IMG/VR virus record: IMGVR_UViG_3300046167_000854
Span: 1 to 52,686 of that record
DNA from: a virus
Lineage: Duplodnaviria; Caudoviricetes
Direction: 5' to 3' (one strand)
Length of the DNA: 52,686 bases
The notes beneath the pieces are model-generated. The model saw only the letters and a program-made list of their open reading frames with translations. It was not told the DNA's origin and did not search any database. This document shows, piece by piece, positions 33,446 through 44,257 of the stretch. Numbering within the stretch: the stretch's first letter is position 1; each line of letters begins with the position of its first letter. Both the position numbers and the translations under genes were made by a program.

Positions 33446-36400
33446 CTACGGTTTGATCTCATTCCAGCGCTTGTTGTACCGGTCATAAATCAACTCTTGT
33501 TGGTCGCTTATCTCATCAAGCCTCCTATAGCGCAGGACGGCTTCTACGTTTTCGGCTTGCTCTACTTTCTTCTTTTGTTGTGAGAGCTTTCTGAGAGCCT
33601 TGTTTGCTTGCTTATGGAAGATCTCAAACTGGTAAAGCTTGGGTCCAAACTCCTCACGGAGAGCTGCCTTGCCGGTGCTATTTGCGTCACTGTACTCATC
33701 CCAGTACTGACCCCACTCATTACGGGCGTCATAGAAAGTGACCCGGTCCTTATATGCACTAGGTCGAGGGAAGAACGAGCGAATGATGGGTATATCATCC
33801 AGCTTTAAATCATCGGGCTTATCGTTTCGCCACTTGTGGGCAGTGTCTGCAGCGTCATTAAAGAAGCGCCCCATGCCACCAAACATAAAGTTTAAAGCGT
33901 GCTGTACGCGATCCGGGTTAATCTCGAGCGTGCCGTCTCGGTAATCGCTACCGCCAAAAACCTGAGCGATAGTCTTTGTCGTTGATTCGATCCAGTCTGC
34001 CGTGCCGCGGCGAGTTTTCTGTGATGCCGGGGTCGGAATGAGGAACGAGTTCTGAGGCACCTCGATGTTTTCACCGAAGTAATTAATGTTCGCAGCCTGT
34101 TCCAGTAGGAAGTCACCAACATCAGGGGACGCCAAGAAGCCGAGTTTCAGTACTGCCGACTCAACTGCATCTCGATCTTCTACCGCATGAATACCCTGAG
34201 GGTTGAAGTGTCGGTCTATCGAGCCAAAGAGATCCACGGCAACCGTATCGGGATCCTTTAGGTTCATCGACAGCTCTGCACCTAAGCGCCCGAGGTCGTC
34301 ATAGAACCCCCAGCCATAAGATTTGGGTATGGCAACGCCTTGCTCGTCGCTCATGCGGAACAGCATGCCGGTCTTCTGAGCGTACTCATTGTAATCGAGG
34401 TAGGTAGACTCACCGTCGTCATCCTCGCCAGACATCCATATATTCATGAGCGTCCGAGCGAAACCAAACATCACCAGACCTGCAATCAATGCGCGCGCCT
34501 TGGTTATCTTTTCTCCATCTCGACCAGACTTGAGAGCCGGTCCAGCTGTATTTATGTTGCCCTGCCAAGCCGCATTAAAGAAGAGGAAGAAGGTATCCAT
34601 GCTTCCACTAAGCTCGCCTTTGCGGTTGAAGTTAACAGTAAGATCTTTAGCAATCGTAGCTGCGGTTGTTCTTTCAACACCGGCTTTACGTGACTCGACA
34701 TAGGTGGAGAATCTGGTCACGTTCTCCATGACTTGGTTAAAGTCTTCGACGTATTTGCCAACGAACTTGAGGGTCTTCATGACGTTACCCTCGTTCATCA
34801 GTCTTTTTATTCTGCGACCCTGCTCGTCAAGGTTCTTGGTGTAAGACAGACCCGTGGGGGCACCATCATCCTTGTAGTCCTGAACATACTGGGCAAGCTC
34901 TCTCGCCTTGTCAGTCTCCGGATCTTTTCCACGAGAATCACGCCACAACGCCTTGTACGCAGATGGGTATCCATAGATAACATTCTTAATTATCTTCTTA
35001 CCCTTGAGCCTTCCCGCCCGAGAGTCCTGCTCTGCTAAGAGGTAGCCCACCCCGGTCTGAACGTCACGTATTGGGTTTACTGCACCCCAGGTTGGGTTGT
35101 AGTTGATGTACATGTTGCGCCGGAAATTCTGAAACATTCGCAGCCCTTGCATTACCTGATTGAGGGACTCGATGTCGGAATTGAATATGCCGATACTGGC
35201 GGACTGCAGCTGCTTGTTAAGCTCTAGGTCTCGTATCTCAATAAAGTGATCCTGACCGTTACGCTTGACCTGTATGTATCGCTTAACACCGGGGGCGTCT
35301 GGGCGCTCCTCGTTAGCCATTACGCTTTGGCTCTTACGCACACTGATGTCGTCGGGTGGGGACTGGAATGGGTATTGCGTTGGTGGGTATACGCTCCATT
35401 GGCTGGACTTGAATTTAGTTACAAGCTTCAACAGGCGTTGAGCGATTACATTTTTTTCCGCCCGGACAATTTTTGTTTCGCCATCGATGAAAGAGTTGAG
35501 CAAGGGGTTCTCAGGCATCGTGATACGACCCTTCGCCTTGAAGGATTCCTTGCCCTTAATGCTAAAGCCCTTTGAGCCATTGCCGGTAACCATGTCACCG
35601 TCTACCTCTGTCGCAGCAAATCCTTTAAGGGGAACATAAAACTCATAACGATCCTGCCAGTCCTCGCGAGTCTCGTCATCAAGCAGACCTTTATCGACCA
35701 TGTTCTGACGCATAGCCGTCAACATCTCGTATGTCTTGTCAGCAATTTCCTCGAGGGCGTCGTACTTGTCTTCAAGCTTGGCTGTAGCAACTACGGATAC
35801 AGATTGCTCATCGGTCATTCCCGAGCCGGTCTCCTGAAACTTTAGGGGCTCATTCTCGAGGCGATCTAGTCGCTCAACGATTGACTCAGACGGGCGATCT
35901 AGTGCCCCCATGGAGTCCTCTAGAGCCTTGTTAAGCTGCTCTATTTGCTGGGCCCGCATCTCTCTCTCGCGCTCTGCGATCACCCGGTTACGTTCCGGGG
36001 CATGCTTTGCCAGCAAGTAGAGACCGACTTGGTTTGTGTCTAGTTCAGCCGCCTTCATCAAAGCCGCTATTGGCTTGATGTAGCTATCTTCAAATTTATC
36101 GATCTGGTTCTGCACCTTAGAGTGCATCAGGTTCTCAGCGTCGTGTGCTGATATTGATGCTGGCAATCGCTCGAGCCCCACCGATGCAGCCATGCGATTC
36201 TCTAACTCCTTCAGCTTCTCTATCCTGTCGCCAAGAGCCTTTCGAAGTGACGCAGGGAATGCCCGGCTTAGGCGCTGATCGAGATCCAAGGTAACGAGGT
36301 ACTCGTCATCAAGGTTAAAGCTAATGTCGTGGGAGTCTGCCTGCTCTTCTCTACGGTGGTAACGGGCTTTGTTTATGTCACCACGTACAGCGTTCTTTGC

Positions 36401-39400
36401 CAGAACGAGAGGACCGACCTGAATCACTTCTTCCGCAGAAATGATGGGGTCCATGGTGCGACGATCATAGAACCCCTCTCGTCGGCGTGGGTCCATGCCA
36501 ACCTGTGTCCACTGAGGATCATTGAGAGCCGCTACTGCGTCGTTGTAGTTCTGTTCTGGAGTCTTGTTAACAAAGCTACCCATGATTCGCGCATAGGTAA
36601 CCTTGCTCATATCGCCTTCCATAATCTTTATGGAGGTGTTCGGAGCAGCCTTGAACAGCGCGCCAGCTACCCGGGCTGTACTGCGATGAGACTTAGTTGT
36701 CTTCTCGTGAATCGTTGGAACCCAGACATTGTGTCGGTCGTATGCAGGTATATCTAAACGCAAACCAACCTCAGCACCCTCGTTGATAGCCACGTCAATC
36801 AGGTCTTTCTGGTTTGCTTGCAGTGCGCCACGCATCTCTTCTACGGACGCAGGATCAGGCACTGAGGTGTACGGCTTAACGGTAGACCCAACCACGCGAA
36901 GATACTCATCGATCTCAATCTCACCGCGACGTAGCTTCTTATATGCGCTAGCGACCTTCGGGATAGTCCTGTTGCTAACTGGAACGATAGGACCGTTCTC
37001 ACCCATGGTGTCGTTGATGTATCGACCGATAGATGACTTGAGACCGGGTGATGGATCGAAGCCGTCAATGTCATCGTCGAACACCGCAAGCATCACGTCA
37101 TCGATGCGATCAAACCCGAGGTAGTCGTCACGCTCAAGCGCCCTTAGCAGGCGACGGAACGTTGGTGGAATGATTAGCTCGTCGATATCGATATCCGCAA
37201 CAGATTCTCCGGGCTCAATACCAGAGCTCTCGAATTCTCTTACGGCTGTTTCTCGTGCGACGGCACGAAGGTCCTCGTCTCGGAATGCTGCCGGCTTAGG
37301 ATTGGTCCGGCGTATGAAGCGAGCTTTGCTTACTTCTGGCTGGGTTTCTGGCTGCTCGTCATAGACTCGGTTGAGTTCGCGGTTTTGCGTCCATCCGTAT
37401 CTTTCGCTGAACTCGTCTTCAACTTGCCGTACTCTCGGCTGAAGTTGAGTGACGAGATCCTTAACCCTTCCTTGTAAATCGGGTCGTCCGCTGAGGCGGT
37501 TTTCCAAATACCCTTCGCCATTGGTGTTCTCCGTCCAATCATTTTCGATGAGACCGTTATCTGAAACGAATCGTTTCGCCGTAAAGCTCTCATCGTTATC
37601 GAATTCTATCTGAGTAAGCGCATTGTTGATAGCTTTCTCGAAGTCCGTTTCGCTTTTCTTCCGGGCATAGTTCACAAGCCCGGAGAACGAATTACCGTCG
37701 GCATCGGAAAAATTAATAAACCGAACGCCCGTCCCGGTTGATATAGGCTCAATGCCATACTCCGACAACAGCCGGCTAATCTCCTGAGTCTCTCTTTTCG
37801 AGAACGGTCTGCCGATATCTACGTCAGCCCCATTCTGGGACGCACGGGTATTGGAGTCTTTGAAGAATGGTCGGTGATATCCGATGGCGTCTTGCTTGAG
37901 CAGGATGCCCTTGACTGCTGAGTAAGCGTGAATCAGATCCTCGGCATCCTTTGAAATGACGCCGTCCTCTTTGACTCTGTACTGCCGAGGGACTACTACT
38001 TCGTTTTGTGAGACCGGATCGTTTCGACCTTCCCATGATCCAAGCCCAACGGATACTCCCATTTGGAGCATTCCAAGCTCCCTGGCAACAATGTCGTATC
38101 CATCATCGTCAAGGAATGCCTTATCCATCTGGTGATGGAATTCAATGATCTCACCTTCGGTGGCGTCAAAGATCTCAGGGAAATGCCCTGACTTGGTTGA
38201 CGGTATTGACTCGACACTAATCTGTGCCAGCTTGTTCAGTGCTGCATCTTTGTAATCGAACTTCGCAGATTCCATCTCAGCTTCAGTCGGTTCATATGCC
38301 AAAGCTTTTTTGACCCAAAGCTGACCATGCGCTTGCTCGGAAGCAAGATCCTTGAACTGCCTAATCTTCTTGCCTTTACTGTCTGAGACAAACTTGAAGT
38401 AGCCCTTCAGCTGAGACAGCGCATCAACAGCCTTCTTCAATGGCTTGGATTCCATTCGAGCTTTGATCTCAACCCAGATGGCAGCCTGTACTTGCTGGGG
38501 CTCCCAGCCGAGCTCATTGGCAATACGCAGAGTTTCGTTCTCTACGAAGTCATAATTTAAATCAGTAGGGTTATCGCTGGGATAGCCAAAGGCTCGCATC
38601 ATCCATATGTCTGTGGTGACGCCTTGCTCCAAGTCGTCGTCGATGACACGCAGCAAATTGTTTTCAAAGTTGCTTGTTTTGCGTCCCGAGAAGCCCTTAT
38701 CGCTGTTGAAAACATCCTCCATCTTCTTGCCCATGGAGGTGGGGAATATGCCGCTTTCAATGGGCTTGCCGTTCTTCCACTGATAGTAAGCCTGAACAGC
38801 AAATTCAAAGTTCGTATCCACCCCTGTCTGAGGTGAGGTGATTGCAATAGCGGCAACGAGTTTACGGGCGTCTTCTTTGTTTCCGCCTGTAATCTCTAGA
38901 ATGTTTTTGCCACTACGCTCATACCAGAAACGACCGTACTCACCTTTCTTCGCTATCTCTTTTACTGCCTGTCGCAGTCGGCGTAGCTTGTCTGGGGTGT
39001 TAATTCCTCGCGGGGCACCAACGTACTTGCCAGACTTTTGTCGTCTAGGAGGGGTGTATTCAGTCGGAACCCGGATAAATCTACTGTTATTAGGGTTGGG
39101 GAAGTAGCGCTCGCCGTCGGGCGTCAGCTCAGACAGGATATCTCCGTCTTCCTCCATCTGATCGAGTAGGTCTCGGAAGTTTCCTTCCTCCTGTCCCACC
39201 TGCTCGGACAGTTGTGCGGCAGATATGCCGTCTTCGGAGATGCTCTGTATTAGGGTGTCACGCAGCTCCTGACGTGGCGCCGGCTCTGCTTCAACAGCGG
39301 GGGCATTACGCTCGAGCTTCTCGTTATGAAGCTGGGTAATTATTGCCTCAGTTTCTTTTCTATTGGAGGCAAGTATTCCATTGGAATATGGATGAGTTGG

Positions 39401-42127
39401 ATCAAGGTTAAACTCGTCATCGTGCTGGGGGTCTAAAACCCAGCCTCTTGCAACCGGATCTCTAGATATTTGATAAACATCACCATCCGCCATGGTGACG
39501 TTCATTGTGCCGTCTAAATCAAAATCCTCCGCACGTTTAACGCTTTGGATTTCTACTGGTAATACTTGTCCTGCAGTGTCCCCAGCTTCAGGTTCGGGCG
39601 TTCCGCCCACGCTTTCACCGGCTTGTTCCTCGACAACGCTAGGTCCGCCAGTTCCTCCAGCTCCCCCTTCGTCTTGAACTTGAATGCTTCCTGACTCGGC
39701 AGGTGCCCGAACGTCTCGTAGTACTCCTGCACCTTCGGAGGTAGCGGCTTCTTGGTTAGCTTCCTGATTCCCATACAAACCTCTTACGTCGTTAGTTACT
39801 AACTGCTCTGCCGGAACAGGGTTAGCGAATATATCCTCGATTATACTATGCCCAAACGGCAAACTCTTTTGTATCGATCCCTCATTAGCCACATAGGACG
39901 CTCCAAGCTGAGCAAACAGCTCTTCTCTCGCGCTATCTAGTACCCGCTGAATCTTCTCCGGGTCACCGTTTTGGTTGGCTATGTTGTCGTAGAGAGAGTC
40001 GAGGGGATACGCGAAGAAGCCAGAGCCCTCTGCATCAGACTCCCATAGGTCAAAGATTTCCTCGATGGCTCTGCCCATGCTGATATCAGGCTGACCGTCA
40101 CCATCAATGTCTTCGACCTTCATCTTAAAGTGGTCGAGGGATTCTGAGTACCCGTTCTTAAAGTCTGCAGCATGCATCACTTCATGCGCGGTGTTAAACC
40201 GGTTTCGGCGGGCTCGCTGCTCGTCATCTGCGCCCTCTAGCAAGTGATCAAACCGCATACCGATAACGCTAGATCGATCTAAAAATGCTGCGTCGGCGTC
40301 GTGAGGAATATCCTCTGTCGAGAGTATATGAGTCCCCTTAATAAGATCACGGAACTCACTGGGCATGCCTCGCATTGCAAGGTCAAGATAGATCGAAGCC
40401 GCTTCCTCAGTGGCTGGATTAGCCGTTGGGTCTGTGCTTCCTACGAAGTCAGTTAAGCCCGGAAGCTGAACGGTTCTGCCGTCCTCTGTGCCCATAAATA
40501 CAGGAGCCTGAGAAGGCGTAATGTTGAAATTTATATCCGCTTCAGTAACGCCATCAGATACGAACTCACCTGCGCCCATCGCTTTAGGGATTGGTCCGCG
40601 GTTAGCAGCATCGTGAAAAGCCTCAATCTTCTGGCTCAGAGTTTCCGGGGTGCTGACCATAAAGATCTCACCGCTGAACTCATCTGTCTGCTGAGTTGCC
40701 TTGGGTACTGCTCGTCGCGTGTTGCGGCTCGTAGATGCATCAATCGCGTTTAATGCGGACGTACGGGCTGAACCTTCTAGCTTCTCCGCCGCCGATCGAA
40801 GGGTATTCTCAGTTGCTAGGTCATCGTCTATGCCGTCAACAATGAGCTGCTTTTGCAGCGGCACGGGCATGTTGCCCCAGTAAAGCTTTGGGTCTGCAGG
40901 GGGCTGATCATATCCCTCGAGCAAGACGTCCATGCTAGAGTCCTGACCGGGCTGTATTGTTGTCTCTTGTGCAGTGAGCGACACCGTACCGGGTGTTGGC
41001 TCCGGGGTCGGGCCCGCTTCTGTGTCGATAGTCATATCGCCCTGAGTCAGAGCGACCACCTTTCGACGAGCCTCGGGCATGCGGTTGATACGTGCCTGCT
41101 CAGCCTCTTCACTGAAAGGCGATCCGCCCTCGGGGTCTGGCTGTTCTGGGCGTTTACCGCCAAACTTTGTGGCTTGGATAGCGCCACCACCAACTAAGCC
41201 AGCTAGGCTTCCTGAAGCAAACGCATTGATGTACATAGACTTGGAGCGCTCGTCCGCAACAATATCCATAAACTCACGTTGCTGCTCTACGGGCAGGCTT
41301 TCTTCCGCCCATGCGACCGCAGCTCTGCCGAGAAACTCTTGAGTAGCCTCTGTAAATCCTTCTACGCCAGCAGCCTTGATCGCCTCACGGCTCACTGCCA
41401 TGACGTAGTCTTTACTCATAAAGACTCGCTCAGCGATATCGTCGTTAAACTGCTCTAACCCGTCTGAGCCAAACATCCGCTTAAACGCACGCTGTGGCAC
41501 ACCAAACTGATCAAGTGCTCCCTGAGCCACGCCGACAGCGAGAGCTTTGCCGGGTGCCTCAATGCCTGTTTCATCATAGATTTCAGCAAAGTTGGAGGCT
41601 GTGTTCTGGGCTCCGCTGTACGCGACAAAACCAGCCGCAGCATCGTAGTTCTTTTGGACAGCCTTTTCTGCAAGTCGCTTGCCGATCGTATCGGCTTCCT
41701 GCTCGAGCTTGCTTTTTAGTAGTTTCTTGGCGCCAGCTTTGGCTGCAAACCCACCAACACCACCGCCGATCACATCAGGCACAAGAGTGCCGAGCGTGTA
41801 ACCAGCCCAATCAGTGAAGTCTCCGAATGAATCTATCTCCTCAACAGAGGTGACATTCGCGCCAACGTTAGCGGCGTCCTGCATTTTCTGACGGTAGTAA
41901 GCAAGACCAGAATCAACCCACTCATCTTTTCCGATGGCGCTGCCGACAGTTGCCTTTAAGGCACCACCAAGACCTTGGGTCTGATCTATCCCCGCATCAA
42001 AGCCCTTCCCAAACTGAGTATCCGACAGCACTCCGCCATCGGTGAGCTTGTCAGCGAGGTCCTCGGTCGGTTGTTCAGGAAGGTTTGGGGAGAATGGGCT
42101 TATGCGCCCTATACTTATACCAGCCAT
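33446..42127 (-). CDS. Giant internal virion / ejection polyvalent protein (zincin HExxH, HhH-glycosylase-like domain, C-terminal LPD38-like region)
   Basis: 2893 aa; AHEVMHA; WY...AITSPQ...GRKTSNF..NL...VTTDIWMMR...QVQAAIW; AKDLTVNFNRKG...FFNAAWQG...IPKSYG. Confidence 0.8.
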   Translation of the reverse strand: MAGISIGRISPFSPNLPEQPTEDLADKLTDGGVLSDTQFGKGFDAGIDQTQGLGGALKATVGSAIGKDEWVDSGLAYYRQKMQDAANVGANVTSVEEIDSFGDFTDWAGYTLGTLVPDVIGGGVGGFAAKAGAKKLLKSKLEQEADTIGKRLAEKAVQKNYDAAAGFVAYSGAQNTASNFAEIYDETGIEAPGKALAVGVAQGALDQFGVPQRAFKRMFGSDGLEQFNDDIAERVFMSKDYVMAVSREAIKAAGVEGFTEATQEFLGRAAVAWAEESLPVEQQREFMDIVADERSKSMYINAFASGSLAGLVGGGAIQATKFGGKRPEQPDPEGGSPFSEEAEQARINRMPEARRKVVALTQGDMTIDTEAGPTPEPTPGTVSLTAQETTIQPGQDSSMDVLLEGYDQPPADPKLYWGNMPVPLQKQLIVDGIDDDLATENTLRSAAEKLEGSARTSALNAIDASTSRNTRRAVPKATQQTDEFSGEIFMVSTPETLSQKIEAFHDAANRGPIPKAMGAGEFVSDGVTEADINFNITPSQAPVFMGTEDGRTVQLPGLTDFVGSTDPTANPATEEAASIYLDLAMRGMPSEFRDLIKGTHILSTEDIPHDADAAFLDRSSVIGMRFDHLLEGADDEQRARRNRFNTAHEVMHAADFKNGYSESLDHFKMKVEDIDGDGQPDISMGRAIEEIFDLWESDAEGSGFFAYPLDSLYDNIANQNGDPEKIQRVLDSAREELFAQLGASYVANEGSIQKSLPFGHSIIEDIFANPVPAEQLVTNDVRGLYGNQEANQEAATSEGAGVLRDVRAPAESGSIQVQDEGGAGGTGGPSVVEEQAGESVGGTPEPEAGDTAGQVLPVEIQSVKRAEDFDLDGTMNVTMADGDVYQISRDPVARGWVLDPQHDDEFNLDPTHPYSNGILASNRKETEAIITQLHNEKLERNAPAVEAEPAPRQELRDTLIQSISEDGISAAQLSEQVGQEEGNFRDLLDQMEEDGDILSELTPDGERYFPNPNNSRFIRVPTEYTPPRRQKSGKYVGAPRGINTPDKLRRLRQAVKEIAKKGEYGRFWYERSGKNILEITGGNKEDARKLVAAIAITSPQTGVDTNFEFAVQAYYQWKNGKPIESGIFPTSMGKKMEDVFNSDKGFSGRKTSNFENNLLRVIDDDLEQGVTTDIWMMRAFGYPSDNPTDLNYDFVENETLRIANELGWEPQQVQAAIWVEIKARMESKPLKKAVDALSQLKGYFKFVSDSKGKKIRQFKDLASEQAHGQLWVKKALAYEPTEAEMESAKFDYKDAALNKLAQISVESIPSTKSGHFPEIFDATEGEIIEFHHQMDKAFLDDDGYDIVARELGMLQMGVSVGLGSWEGRNDPVSQNEVVVPRQYRVKEDGVISKDAEDLIHAYSAVKGILLKQDAIGYHRPFFKDSNTRASQNGADVDIGRPFSKRETQEISRLLSEYGIEPISTGTGVRFINFSDADGNSFSGLVNYARKKSETDFEKAINNALTQIEFDNDESFTAKRFVSDNGLIENDWTENTNGEGYLENRLSGRPDLQGRVKDLVTQLQPRVRQVEDEFSERYGWTQNRELNRVYDEQPETQPEVSKARFIRRTNPKPAAFRDEDLRAVARETAVREFESSGIEPGESVADIDIDELIIPPTFRRLLRALERDDYLGFDRIDDVMLAVFDDDIDGFDPSPGLKSSIGRYINDTMGENGPIVPVSNRTIPKVASAYKKLRRGEIEIDEYLRVVGSTVKPYTSVPDPASVEEMRGALQANQKDLIDVAINEGAEVGLRLDIPAYDRHNVWVPTIHEKTTKSHRSTARVAGALFKAAPNTSIKIMEGDMSKVTYARIMGSFVNKTPEQNYNDAVAALNDPQWTQVGMDPRRREGFYDRRTMDPIISAEEVIQVGPLVLAKNAVRGDINKARYHRREEQADSHDISFNLDDEYLVTLDLDQRLSRAFPASLRKALGDRIEKLKELENRMAASVGLERLPASISAHDAENLMHSKVQNQIDKFEDSYIKPIAALMKAAELDTNQVGLYLLAKHAPERNRVIAEREREMRAQQIEQLNKALEDSMGALDRPSESIVERLDRLENEPLKFQETGSGMTDEQSVSVVATAKLEDKYDALEEIADKTYEMLTAMRQNMVDKGLLDDETREDWQDRYEFYVPLKGFAATEVDGDMVTGNGSKGFSIKGKESFKAKGRITMPENPLLNSFIDGETKIVRAEKNVIAQRLLKLVTKFKSSQWSVYPPTQYPFQSPPDDISVRKSQSVMANEERPDAPGVKRYIQVKRNGQDHFIEIRDLELNKQLQSASIGIFNSDIESLNQVMQGLRMFQNFRRNMYINYNPTWGAVNPIRDVQTGVGYLLAEQDSRAGRLKGKKIIKNVIYGYPSAYKALWRDSRGKDPETDKARELAQYVQDYKDDGAPTGLSYTKNLDEQGRRIKRLMNEGNVMKTLKFVGKYVEDFNQVMENVTRFSTYVESRKAGVERTTAATIAKDLTVNFNRKGELSGSMDTFFLFFNAAWQGNINTAGPALKSGRDGEKITKARALIAGLVMFGFARTLMNIWMSGEDDDGESTYLDYNEYAQKTGMLFRMSDEQGVAIPKSYGWGFYDDLGRLGAELSMNLKDPDTVAVDLFGSIDRHFNPQGIHAVEDRDAVESAVLKLGFLASPDVGDFLLEQAANINYFGENIEVPQNSFLIPTPASQKTRRGTADWIESTTKTIAQVFGGSDYRDGTLEINPDRVQHALNFMFGGMGRFFNDAADTAHKWRNDKPDDLKLDDIPIIRSFFPRPSAYKDRVTFYDARNEWGQYWDEYSDANSTGKAALREEFGPKLYQFEIFHKQANKALRKLSQQKKKVEQAENVEAVLRYRRLDEISDQQELIYDRYNKRWNEIKP

Positions 42128-42137
42128 TCGGTTCCCC

Positions 42138-43655
42138 TTATGGTGTCTTCGCCATTAAGCCTTGGTTTTCCAGATATGCTTGTAACCGATCATACTTTTG
42201 TGCGGGAACTGTTAGACCGTCTTCGCTAGATATCGCGGCATTGATGTACGCCATCTGATTTGGACGCAGCTTCTGAATGTTTTCTTTGCCAATCAGGGCT
42301 TCTAGCGAGACGATTCCACTCCCGCGTACCGTCTGGCGCCCATTAGCCCCTGACGATTTTAGAGACCGATCACCGGTATTGACCATCACTGAAGGCATAA
42401 GATCTTGCAGCTTTGCTGTGAATCCTCGGGCGTCGTCAACCCTGTCCTGAGTAGATGTACCGTACAGAAGGTTTTTCCGAGCTCGATCGTAAATGACGCT
42501 CATGTTGTCGAGCATAGAGTTAATGTCCTCGCCGGGTTTAACCAAATACTGCAGGTCATGATTTTCGATAAATAAAGCGCTAGCAAGTCCCGCTTCTCGG
42601 TTGTCTTCTAGCACCTTCTCTACCGCATCGACACGAGTCTTAACCGCGGCATCAACTTCTTTTTCGCCACCTTTTTTCTCGACCCGCCCATCATCGATGT
42701 ACTTCATGTAAACGGGGTTATTTTTTAGATTGGCGTACATCAACGAGGTGCCACCAAACTTTTTCATTCCGTCATCTGCATCAATTAATAGCTGTGCGGT
42801 ATTGCCGCCTCGATATTCAGTCAGGTCAGGGTAGTAATAGTTCTCTTCGCCCTCAGGGCTCCTGAGTCTCACCGCGAGTTCGCCACGTATTTTGTTGCCC
42901 TCAACAAACGCCGCGTCGTGCCCGGTAATGCTAACAATGGTGTGTCCGTTAAATTCTATAGGCGCAGACGGGAACTCTTCGGGTGTTATCTTTTTGCCTA
43001 TGGACTTGGTGTTGGCGAATCCAATCATATCCGTGATCGCAGCCATCTGAACGTTGTCTACGCTCTGCAGCTCTCCGCTTTGCAAACCTCCCAACATCGA
43101 CATGTATGCCCCGTGATAGGCATCAAGGTCCATCGACGCCAAGGCATTTAGATCGATGTGCGTGCTTCCGTCTAAGGTCTTTAGGGCTGAGTCTGAGATT
43201 GACTTCAGACGCTGTCTTGTTGGCAGATCTGCCTGTGAAAGCGTGTACAGATTATCTGCTGCCGCGAAGTGTTGAGCTGCCTCAAAGTCCAATGCTTTGA
43301 TGCGACCAGCGTCAGCGTCAGTCTGAGCCCGCACAAGAGCGGCTTGGTTGCTTATCTTTCGGTTCGCGGTCTCAAGCAGCCGAATTTCGTCATCGCGTAC
43401 GTCGTTTTCTATATCGCCTGCTAATTTATTGTTTCTATACTCCGAGTCGAGATCGGCGATTTTGTTATTCAGTTTGAGATTCGCGTCTCGATAAGACGCA
43501 AGGTCCTGTCTCTGTTGGTCCTGAATTCCAAGCGTCTGATTTCTGTAGTCTGTAGTAGCGGCTAGCTGGTCTTGTCTAAACTTATTCACCGCGTCGGCTT
43601 CTTTAGTTTGTTGAACTAGACCGTAACCAGTAGCAATACCCGTTGCGAGTGACAT
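42138..43655 (-). CDS. Internal virion protein
   Basis: 505 aa in the ejection-protein cluster; N-terminal SLATGIATGYGL followed by a coiled coil. Confidence 0.7.
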   Translation of the reverse strand: MSLATGIATGYGLVQQTKEADAVNKFRQDQLAATTDYRNQTLGIQDQQRQDLASYRDANLKLNNKIADLDSEYRNNKLAGDIENDVRDDEIRLLETANRKISNQAALVRAQTDADAGRIKALDFEAAQHFAAADNLYTLSQADLPTRQRLKSISDSALKTLDGSTHIDLNALASMDLDAYHGAYMSMLGGLQSGELQSVDNVQMAAITDMIGFANTKSIGKKITPEEFPSAPIEFNGHTIVSITGHDAAFVEGNKIRGELAVRLRSPEGEENYYYPDLTEYRGGNTAQLLIDADDGMKKFGGTSLMYANLKNNPVYMKYIDDGRVEKKGGEKEVDAAVKTRVDAVEKVLEDNREAGLASALFIENHDLQYLVKPGEDINSMLDNMSVIYDRARKNLLYGTSTQDRVDDARGFTAKLQDLMPSVMVNTGDRSLKSSGANGRQTVRGSGIVSLEALIGKENIQKLRPNQMAYINAAISSEDGLTVPAQKYDRLQAYLENQGLMAKTP

Positions 43656-43663
43656 AACTTACC

Positions 43664-44257
43664 TCAACCGAATAGTTTGTTAATCAGGAACGCCGCTCCG
43701 GCGCCGATTAAAAGGGGAGTGGCTATCGTGCCGATGGTCGCCATTGCTCCAGAAGATCCAGCGGCTGCTCCGCCCGCTGCTCCGCCCGCTGCTCCGCCTG
43801 CTGCTCCGCCAGTCCCGCCAGCAGCAGAGCTAGTGCCGAGCGCCTCAGCCACTCCAGCTGATGTTTCGGCTGCAAGCTTTCCGGTCTCAAGAGAACCGCT
43901 GAGCGCCTCAATTGCGCCTGGCGGAGTACCGCCTATAGGACCAAGCGCCTCTAAGCCTCCGGCTGTGTATTGCATTCCTGAAACGCCCTGTGGCGCATTA
44001 GCTGCCGCTGCAGAAGCTGATATGCCTTTAGGCGCTACAGCCGCCGGAGCTGCATTTTTAGCAGCCAGTGCTCTGTTAACGCCGATCGAGCCTCCGATAC
44101 CCATGCCAAGACCGACCAGCTGTTTATCAGCGGCGTCTTTCTGGGCTGCGAGAGCCATGTCCTGTCTGTTTAGGTTTGTTTCATTTTGAACATATTGCGT
44201 CAGAGCCTTTTGAGCTGTTTGACGCATGTTTCTTCCTGCCGCTAATAATCCACTCAT
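43664..44257 (-). CDS. Gly/Ala-rich ejection (pilot-like) protein
   Basis: GxxxG hydrophobic segments and GGAA repeats. Confidence 0.7.
   Translation of the reverse strand: MSGLLAAGRNMRQTAQKALTQYVQNETNLNRQDMALAAQKDAADKQLVGLGMGIGGSIGVNRALAAKNAAPAAVAPKGISASAAAANAPQGVSGMQYTAGGLEALGPIGGTPPGAIEALSGSLETGKLAAETSAGVAEALGTSSAAGGTGGAAGGAAGGAAGGAAAGSSGAMATIGTIATPLLIGAGAAFLINKLFG
43764..43811. repeat. 12-bp tandem repeat x4 (encodes GGAA units)
   Basis: GCTGCTCCGCC(C/C/T/A) four times. Confidence 0.85.

Noticed and set aside
43764-43811. 12-bp tandem repeat as a contingency locus
   Set aside because: In-frame low-complexity Gly/Ala linker with no sign of a switching function.
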